Shown in pieces: positions 25,616 through 32,000 of a stretch of 32,000 bases of DNA. Each line of letters opens with the position of its first letter. Position 1 is the stretch's first letter. A program made the position numbers and the translations under genes. The notes below the pieces were generated by a model. That model was not told where the DNA came from, made no database searches, and worked only from the letters and a program-made list of their open reading frames with translations. The DNA comes from Caedimonas varicaedens (GTDB taxonomy: Bacteria > Pseudomonadota > Alphaproteobacteria > Caedimonadales > Caedimonadaceae): the NCBI GenBank assembly GCA_001192655.1, contig BBVC01000019.1, positions 21,003 to 53,002 on the forward strand, written 5' to 3'.

Positions 25616-26518
25616 ATGAAAACTAATATTGACTGGGATAAATACAAGACATTTTACTATGTTGCTAAAGCGGGAAGTTTTACGGCGGCAGGAGAAATCC
25701 TCAACCTGAGTCAATCGGCTCTGAGTCGAAGCATTCAAAATCTTGAGTATCAAGTAGGTATGAAGCTGCTTGAAAGGATACCCCGGGGAGTTATCTTGAC
25801 AAAGCAAGGTGAGGGACTGTTTAAAGCGGCAGAAAAAGCTCTTGAGGTATTCACGCGTGCAGAAATGTTGATGCTTGAACAAGAAGAAGAATTGCAAGGT
25901 ACATTGAAAATTGCGACCACTATGGCAATTGCTTCTGTGTGGATCATGCCATATATTGGCGATTTTCTGAAAAAAAATCCCAGAATCCGTCTGACGGTGA
26001 TAGGGAATGATGAAGAACTAGATCTAAAAACACGCCAGGCTGACGTTTCTGTCAGACCTTTTATGGCGAATCAACCCGAGTTGATACAGGAATTAATTTC
26101 TGTCTTCCATCTCAAGCTTTATGCGAGCTCAGAATATCTGGAAAAATATGGAACACCCAAAATGCCAGAAGATCTTGATCAGCATCAACTCATTGTTTTT
26201 GGCTATGATACCGTGAATCCCTACAGCGATATAAATTGGCCCCTAAAACTAGGAATGCCAGAAGGTTTGCTCAGAGATCCCTATTTATGTATCAATACGT
26301 CTTCAGGGATGCGGCAAGCTGCTGAGAATGGTCATGGCATTATCGCCCTTGCTGAAGAATTTCCTGGTTTGACAAAAAGTAATCTTGTTGAAGTGCTTTC
26401 AGAAATAGAAAAACCAAATATTCCTATCTATTATGTCTATCCTAAGCAGTTGGCTGGCTCAAAACGCGTCATGGCATTGGGAAAATATTTTAGAGAAAAA
26501 CTTGTTGCCTGCGTTTAA
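25616..26518 (+). CDS. LysR-family transcriptional regulator (copy 2)
   Basis: wHTH YKTFYYVAKAGSFTAAGEILNLSQSALSRSIQNLE plus a substrate-binding domain. It is collinear with copy 1 (KLYASSEYLEKYGTPKMPEDLDQHQLI versus KLYASPKYLKEFGVPQKPKDLDIHRLL; RDPYLCINTS versus RDPYLSIGTS). Confidence 0.9.
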   Translation: MKTNIDWDKYKTFYYVAKAGSFTAAGEILNLSQSALSRSIQNLEYQVGMKLLERIPRGVILTKQGEGLFKAAEKALEVFTRAEMLMLEQEEELQGTLKIATTMAIASVWIMPYIGDFLKKNPRIRLTVIGNDEELDLKTRQADVSVRPFMANQPELIQELISVFHLKLYASSEYLEKYGTPKMPEDLDQHQLIVFGYDTVNPYSDINWPLKLGMPEGLLRDPYLCINTSSGMRQAAENGHGIIALAEEFPGLTKSNLVEVLSEIEKPNIPIYYVYPKQLAGSKRVMALGKYFREKLVACV

Positions 26519-26536
26519 TAACAGAATTCTCTTACA

Positions 26537-26568
26537 CTTTCCTGGAAGTCAGGAAAGTTTCTTCTGTT
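26537..26568 (+). terminator. Rho-independent terminator after LysR copy 2
   Basis: Perfect 8-bp stem CTTTCCTG/CAGGAAAG with a 5-nt loop, followed by TTTCTTCTGTT. Confidence 0.7.
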
Positions 26569-26581
26569 ATATTTTAATCTC

Positions 26582-26610
26582 TTGAATAGTATAAAATATT
26601 TTTATATTAT
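26582..26610 (+). promoter_or_regulatory. Candidate sigma70-type promoter for MFS copy 2
   Basis: TTGAAT (26582-26587), a 17-nt spacer, then TATTAT (26605-26610). A GAGGGA RBS precedes ATG 26643. Confidence 0.45.
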
Positions 26611-26642
26611 ATTTGCCTAAGTTACATAAAGAGGGACACTGA

Positions 26643-27920
26643 ATGAAGGAACGTTATAAGGCTATTTTTGCCGCGATGATTGGTAATGCGTTGGAGTATT
26701 ATGATGTCATGCTCTACGGTTTTTTTGCAACGATGCTTGCTCCTTTATTTTTCCCCACGGGCAATCAGGCAACGTCTGTTATTGCAAGTTTAGGGACATT
26801 CGCGGCGGGGTTTGTCATGCGCCCTCTTGGGGGGATTATATTTGGTCATCTGGGAGATAGATTTGGTCGGCGCTATGCCCTGGTATTGACTATATTCCTT
26901 GTCACAATTCCCACTCTGACCATTGGTTTGCTGCCTACTTATGCCGAGATTGGGATTGCCGCTCCGGTCATTCTGGTTATTTGTCGCCTTTTACAGGGAT
27001 TATGTGTGGGTGGTGAATATAGTGGCGCTTCTATCTTTGTTATAGAGTATTCCAAGAAAGGCAGAGAAGCTTTTGCTGGAAGCACACTCTGCGCTTCTGG
27101 ATTCTTTGGGGGCGTTTTGGGAACTTTTGCTGGATTTTTTTGCACTCTTTCCTTTATGCCATCCTGGGGATGGCGCATACCCTTTCTATTGGGAACGTTG
27201 ATCGGGCTGGTAGGCTATTATCTGCGCTCAAGAGTCAATGAAAGCCCGGCATTTATCAGTCATAAGAATGAAGAAATTGCCCGGGTTCCTCTTTTAAAAG
27301 TCTTACAGAAAAGAAAAAAGAATCTTTTTTGTACAATGGGTGTAGGGGCGACCTCATTAATTCCCTTTTATATGGCTTCTGTTTATATGGGATATTTACT
27401 GAGTACAAAACTGCATATTCCTATCTCTCAAATTATGCTCATTAATGTGGGGCTTAACATTTTTGTGATGATTCTTCTTCCTTTAATGGGGATGGTTGCT
27501 GATAAGTTTGGTAAAAAGAATGTCATGCTTTTAACGGCTCTGATATCTTTCCTCATTGCTTATCCCTTGTTTTTTCTGCTTGAAAAAGATCTTTCCTTAT
27601 TAAATGTCATTTTTGTTCAAATCGTTCTTGGGATTATTACCGCTGGATTTGGCGCTCCTAGTACAGCTCTTCTTGCAACGTTCTTTCCTGTGCATGAACG
27701 GTATAGTGGTGTAGGCTTTGGATATGCTTTGGGAGGGGCGCTTTTAGGGGGAACAACTCCCCTTATTGTTGCAAGTTTGTCCAATATATTGGATTCAGCG
27801 CTTGCTCCAGCATCCTATCTTATGTTTAGTGCGCTTTTGGGAATAATATGTGTTACTCTGGGACAAAGAGAAGTGAGTTCTGTGCCCCCTCTGAAAAGAG
27901 GAGAATTTCAACACACGTAG
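26643..27920 (+). CDS. MFS transporter, metabolite:H+ symporter (ProP-like) family (copy 2)
   Basis: ALEYYDVMLY, RPLGGIIFGHLGDRFGRR, CRLLQGLCVGGE, FMPSWGWRIPF, and about 12 hydrophobic helices. It is collinear with copy 1 along its full length. Confidence 0.9.
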   Translation: MKERYKAIFAAMIGNALEYYDVMLYGFFATMLAPLFFPTGNQATSVIASLGTFAAGFVMRPLGGIIFGHLGDRFGRRYALVLTIFLVTIPTLTIGLLPTYAEIGIAAPVILVICRLLQGLCVGGEYSGASIFVIEYSKKGREAFAGSTLCASGFFGGVLGTFAGFFCTLSFMPSWGWRIPFLLGTLIGLVGYYLRSRVNESPAFISHKNEEIARVPLLKVLQKRKKNLFCTMGVGATSLIPFYMASVYMGYLLSTKLHIPISQIMLINVGLNIFVMILLPLMGMVADKFGKKNVMLLTALISFLIAYPLFFLLEKDLSLLNVIFVQIVLGIITAGFGAPSTALLATFFPVHERYSGVGFGYALGGALLGGTTPLIVASLSNILDSALAPASYLMFSALLGIICVTLGQREVSSVPPLKRGEFQHT

Positions 27921-28001
27921 TATTTCTTGTAATGAGTTTTGCGGAAGTGAAACGAGCGCATACTTGATGATAAATAAAATAAAAACAAGGAAGGGGAGCG
28001 C

Positions 28002-28931
28002 GTGCAGGAAAATTTTCTTTATGGTTTTTCGCCAGAAGGCTTTCATCGAGTTATTTACTATGAATGGAATGACAACAAAGCGGTGAATACACTTTTATGT
28101 GTCCATGGAATGACGCGTGTGGGGCGGGATTTTGATTATCTTGCCCAAGCTCTTCAGCCTCATTATCAAGTTGTATGTCCTGATATGGTGGGGCGTGGAA
28201 AAAGTGATCGTTTCAAAGTCAGAGATTCCTATAAAATAGAGCAGTATTTATCCGATTTAACAGCTTTGATAGCGCGCTTGAATATTTCTTCTCTTGATTG
28301 GCTGGGAACATCCATGGGCGGTATTTTGGGAATGATTATGGCTGCACAACCTAATAGTCCCGTCAGAAGGCTAATCCTTAATGATGTGGGCGCTCAAATG
28401 CCAGAGGATGCTGTGAAGCGCATCCTGGGTTATGCTGGTGTTAAAGTACATTTTTCCACACAAGAGGAAGCTGAGAACTTTTTACGCTTTATTTATACAC
28501 CTTTTGGCATTAGGGAAAAAGAACATTGGCAACATTTGTTCCAATACAGTCTGACGAATGATTCTGAAGGGGGGTATACGCTGAATTATGATCCCCAGGT
28601 TGTTGGAGCCGCAGAAGAAAAAAAGCAGCGTTTTGAACTCTGGGATCTTTGGGATAGAATCAAGTGTCCTGTTCTGGTCATTCAAGGAGAAGAATCAGAT
28701 ATTTTGACGGATGATATTATTGCCCTCATGCGTAAGCGAGGTCCGCAATTTGACCTGATCAGGATTCCTCACTGTGGTCATGCACCCATGCTGATTGAAC
28801 AGAAGCAAATTGCGTTGGTGAAGAGTTGGTTGGAGAGTACCCATGATCGAATAAGAGACGAAAATTTTTCTCAAGCGCATCATCCACAGCATGCAGATTT
28901 GCCTGAACACCCCTATCGTGAAGCGACGTGA
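28002..28931 (+). CDS. Alpha/beta-fold hydrolase
   Basis: HG oxyanion motif LLCVHGMT, nucleophile elbow GTSMGG, and a late HCGHAP histidine. GTG start is preceded by GGAAGGGGAG. Confidence 0.8.
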   Translation: MQENFLYGFSPEGFHRVIYYEWNDNKAVNTLLCVHGMTRVGRDFDYLAQALQPHYQVVCPDMVGRGKSDRFKVRDSYKIEQYLSDLTALIARLNISSLDWLGTSMGGILGMIMAAQPNSPVRRLILNDVGAQMPEDAVKRILGYAGVKVHFSTQEEAENFLRFIYTPFGIREKEHWQHLFQYSLTNDSEGGYTLNYDPQVVGAAEEKKQRFELWDLWDRIKCPVLVIQGEESDILTDDIIALMRKRGPQFDLIRIPHCGHAPMLIEQKQIALVKSWLESTHDRIRDENFSQAHHPQHADLPEHPYREAT

Positions 28932-29478
28932 CGCCGTAATCAGAAAGTCCACAGGGAATAATATTTTGATAATAAGAAAGATCAGGGTTCACATTGAGGG
29001 AAATGCCATGAAAGGTAATCCACTTTTTTACGCGCACCCCAATAGCTGCAACCTTTTGTTCCTTACCTTTTTCGTCAGAAACCCATATACCGACACGTTC
29101 TCTGCGGCGTTCTCCTTTTATGCCCAGATCTTTAAGCGTGATGATGAGCCATTCTTCCAACATCTGAACATACCAGCGTAAATCCTGTTTTCTCTGGGAG
29201 AGATCAATCATGACATAAGCGATGCGCTGCCCCGTTCCGTGGTACGTGACCTGACCGCCGCGTCCCGTTCTATAGAGAGGGAGCAGATCTGGAGAAAGGA
29301 CATCTGAGTCCTTTGCGCTGGTGCCCAGTGTATAAATATTGGGGTGTTCAAGAAGCCAGACCTCTTCCGATGCAAATCCTGTAAGCATATGGTCTACGTG
29401 TGTTTCCATACGCATCACAGTCTCTGGATAATCTGCTACATGGAGGAGTTTTCTAAAAATCATGAAAATCAAAAACAC
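28759..29478 (-). CDS. lipB: Octanoyltransferase LipB (lipoyl(octanoyl) transferase)
   Basis: VWLLEHPNIYTLGTSA, RTGRGGQVTYHGTGQ, KVAAIGVRV..WITFHGISLNV, and PCGL. The 3' end overlaps the convergent hydrolase gene. Confidence 0.88.
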   Translation of the reverse strand: MFLIFMIFRKLLHVADYPETVMRMETHVDHMLTGFASEEVWLLEHPNIYTLGTSAKDSDVLSPDLLPLYRTGRGGQVTYHGTGQRIAYVMIDLSQRKQDLRWYVQMLEEWLIITLKDLGIKGERRRERVGIWVSDEKGKEQKVAAIGVRVKKWITFHGISLNVNPDLSYYQNIIPCGLSDYGVTSLHDRGVQANLHAVDDALEKNFRLLFDHGYSPTNSSPTQFASVQSAWVHDHSEES

Positions 29479-29538
29479 ATAACGATCAAAAAAACATAAT
29501 AGTCCTTATGGGAGATCAGTATCAATAAAAAAGCATGC

Positions 29539-30077
29539 TTATTCCTTAACGAGTCTTTCAACTTTTATAAATTGTCCTAAATGATCTCCCTGTCCTATCG
29601 TCAGCATAAAGGGAGAAGGATTTAGAACATTGTGAATATTCAGGGAATCAAGATGTTGAAGCCTATTGATTCGGGCTAACGTAAGATGAGGACGATAGAG
29701 TTCACCAATATCATTAATACATGATAAGTTATAGTGCGTAACGATTTTCACAACTTTTTGCTGCAGGGTAATCAATTCAGGATCTCGTGCAACAGAAAGC
29801 TCAGCCCACCAGATTGTCTCGAATTTTTTATCTTTTATAAAACTGACTCCTGTAAAATGAGGCTGGGGAACATTTTGTAGAAGTCGCAGATCTTTTTCTA
29901 TTTGGTTGATAACTTTTTCAGAGCTGTAGTAAACCTGACAAATGGTGATATGGGGCAAGCTGTCGCTCCCCAGGATATAACGTTCAGCATTCTCAGAAAA
30001 ATGTTTTTGGCAGTTTCAGTATAAGGCTGGGTATGTAGAGCCAAAAGAGCGATAATATACTTTACACGAGCTGCCAT
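29539..30077 (-). pseudogene. 2H phosphoesterase superfamily (LigT/2'-5' RNA ligase-like) gene interrupted by a 1-nt frameshift
   Basis: Two HxTx motifs (PHITI, PHLTLA) sit in the 139-aa ORF, which begins only at a TTG. An ATG at 30077 with a GGAGG RBS opens a different frame (MAARVKYIIALLALHTQPYTETAKN..). The two frames can be joined at the A5 run (plus-strand T5 at 30004-30008). Confidence 0.6.
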
Positions 30078-30121
30078 AGTCCTCCATCCAGATTTGAACT
30101 TTTTTGATTATGCCAAACATA

Positions 30122-31909
30122 TCAGGTTTCTATGGGAAGAGTAATGGTAAATTCTGTATATTCTCCTGCTTTTGAGTTCACAGTGAGTGTTCCATGATGT
30201 TGCTGAGTAATAATTTCATAAGAGAGGGATAGCCCCAAGCCCGTACCACTTCCTGCAGGTTTAGTTGTAAAAAAAGGATCAAAAATATTCTTGCTGATTT
30301 TTTCAGGAATTCCGGGGCCATTATCCCAAATTTTGATGATAACATTTCTTTCGTCCTGGTGAGTTTCCAGATGAATTTGTGGTTCAAAAGGTTCATACGC
30401 TGCTGTTTTTTTCTGGTAAAGAGCATAGCAGGAATTATTAATCAAATTCAAAATCACACGTCCTAATTCTTGAGAATAGACTTTAAGATGAGGAAGATGA
30501 GGATCAAATTTTTTCACAATTTTGGGTATCAGTCCTTGTTGACGAAGTCCTGAAATTGCCAGAAGTGTGTTTTCTTCCACAAGTTGATTGAGATCCGTCT
30601 CTTCCAATTGTTCTGTTTTTCCACGTGCGTGCATAAGCATTGTTCGAATAATTGCATCAGCTCGCTTCCCATGCTCTTCAATACGTTGCATATTATGCGT
30701 TAAATTATAGAAAATTTCTGTTGCTTGGGTTGGTTGATCCTGAATATTTTTCTTAATTAAAAAGGATAGTTCAGTTATATATTCTCGTGAAAGCTCTGCA
30801 AAATTAATAATATAAGTAAGAGGATTTTTGATTTCATGGGCTATTCCTGCTGTCAAAGCACCCAATCCTGCAAGTTTTTCTTGAACAATGATTTGATTCT
30901 GGGCTTTCTTCAGTCCATCCAGAGCCTTTGTCAATGCCTTGTTTTTATTTGAAAGCTCTTGTGTGCGCTTATTGACCATGGAGTCAAGCTCCTTGATATG
31001 TAATTCCAAACGCTCTACGAGAATCTGGTTCTCCTGAAATACTTTCTTTACTTCTTCAAACCAGGGAATCCAAGGGTCAGGAATGTCCTTATATCCTTTT
31101 TCTTCATCATGGGCGCGATTTGCAATCAGATACACTAGTTTATGGGCAGGATGAATAAATTCTTGGGCAATTAAAGAGTTGGCAGCCCGTAAAATAACAA
31201 CGGCGAATATAATAAGGAACAAGACACTTGGCCCTATTTCTTCAAATGTTGCAATCAAAACTTTTGAGGCGGGTACGTAATAAATTAAAGACCAGGGTGC
31301 GTATCGTGATTTTACCTGGAAGATCCAGTATTTTCCTAATCGAGAGAGTTCTTTTTGGGGAAGTTTCTTCACTTCTTCGGGTTTTAATTCAGGTGGCAGA
31401 ATTTGATGGATTTTGATGATCGCTGCATTTTTTGGACTTTTGGAATTTGTATCTGCAATAACTGTTTCATAGTTGTTGACGATTAATAGGCGTCCATAGG
31501 GATTCGTAATTCCTGAAATCAATTCGTCAATAGATTTCAGTGTAAAATTAATTGCCACTACCCCTAAAAACTTTTCCTGTCGATGGATAGGTGCAATACA
31601 CGTCACCATTAATTGTTCCCCTTCTTTGCCAATATAGACGTCTGACCAACTTAATAAATTGCCATAAGGAAGGTGAAAAATACTTAAATCAGCCAGAAAA
31701 TGACTTTTAAGATTACTTTGATCCCACTTAAATTTTGTTGAGGGTTTCCAGGGAAAATAGTTTTCAAATCCAGATTCAGAGACATAGTAAAGAGATGTTA
31801 CAGATTTAATATTTTTTTTAATAGCCCGAAATACAGGATTTAAGTTAAAAGCCATCTCAATTTCCCGCTTTTGATCGGTGGTCAGATTGGAGAGAGAACC
31901 CTGTCCCAC
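30122..31909 (-). CDS. Sensor histidine kinase (Cache-like sensor region, one TM, coiled-coil, HisKA, HATPase_c); N-terminus unresolved
   Basis: H-box [12 protein letters not shown]-box LINNSCYA, G-boxes DNGPGI and GTGLGLS, and a hydrophobic segment [13 protein letters not shown]. The frame opens after a TAG at about 31958 and its first canonical start is GTG 31909 (ATG codons occur only further in, from MAFNL). Confidence 0.8.
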   Translation of the reverse strand: MGQGSLSNLTTDQKREIEMAFNLNPVFRAIKKNIKSVTSLYYVSESGFENYFPWKPSTKFKWDQSNLKSHFLADLSIFHLPYGNLLSWSDVYIGKEGEQLMVTCIAPIHRQEKFLGVVAINFTLKSIDELISGITNPYGRLLIVNNYETVIADTNSKSPKNAAIIKIHQILPPELKPEEVKKLPQKELSRLGKYWIFQVKSRYAPWSLIYYVPASKVLIATFEEIGPSVLFLIIFAVVILRAANSLIAQEFIHPAHKLVYLIANRAHDEEKGYKDIPDPWIPWFEEVKKVFQENQILVERLELHIKELDSMVNKRTQELSNKNKALTKALDGLKKAQNQIIVQEKLAGLGALTAGIAHEIKNPLTYIINFAELSREYITELSFLIKKNIQDQPTQATEIFYNLTHNMQRIEEHGKRADAIIRTMLMHARGKTEQLEETDLNQLVEENTLLAISGLRQQGLIPKIVKKFDPHLPHLKVYSQELGRVILNLINNSCYALYQKKTAAYEPFEPQIHLETHQDERNVIIKIWDNGPGIPEKISKNIFDPFFTTKPAGSGTGLGLSLSYEIITQQHHGTLTVNSKAGEYTEFTITLPIET

Positions 31910-32000
31910 AAGATTTCCAACCAGCTCTTTATGAGGGGCTTCATCCAGATGATACAGCTAACAACATATAAAACGGTCATATTTTATTATCCTGAAATAA

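Overview
The window reads as an AT-rich alphaproteobacterial chromosome segment. This is an inference from the split E1 pdhA/pdhB-pdhC operon, System I ccmF/ccmH, rimM-trmD-rplS synteny and xerD; the style is possibly Holosporales- or Rickettsiales-like. Most of it is housekeeping: ccmF/H, rpe, a 3-hydroxyisobutyryl-CoA hydrolase-like enzyme, mfd, rimM-trmD-rplS, pdhABC, xerD, accA, a DEAD-box helicase, an ABC-F ATPase and lipB.

Accessory material is interleaved with the core genes:
- a signal-peptide-bearing GNAT acetyltransferase;
- two paralogous LysR-MFS transporter modules, each followed by a different enzyme (a SAM methyltransferase, or an alpha/beta hydrolase with a divergent class II aldolase);
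- a bacterial RRM protein with an RGG tail, next to the helicase;
- a structured non-coding tail ending in an orphan terminator (candidate sRNA);
- a frameshifted 2H phosphoesterase;
- a sensor kinase with no usable N-terminus.

The most unusual locus is an orphan 822-aa secreted coiled-coil protein at 20234-22702. It sits behind a roughly 630-bp AT-rich region with a near-consensus promoter, contains near-identical in-frame 78-bp tandem repeats, and ends in a roughly 390-aa C-terminal region I cannot assign to any family. I saw no rRNA, tRNA, CRISPR array, transposase, phage genes or recognisable defence system. All calls come from reading the translations and sequence by eye; no database search was run.
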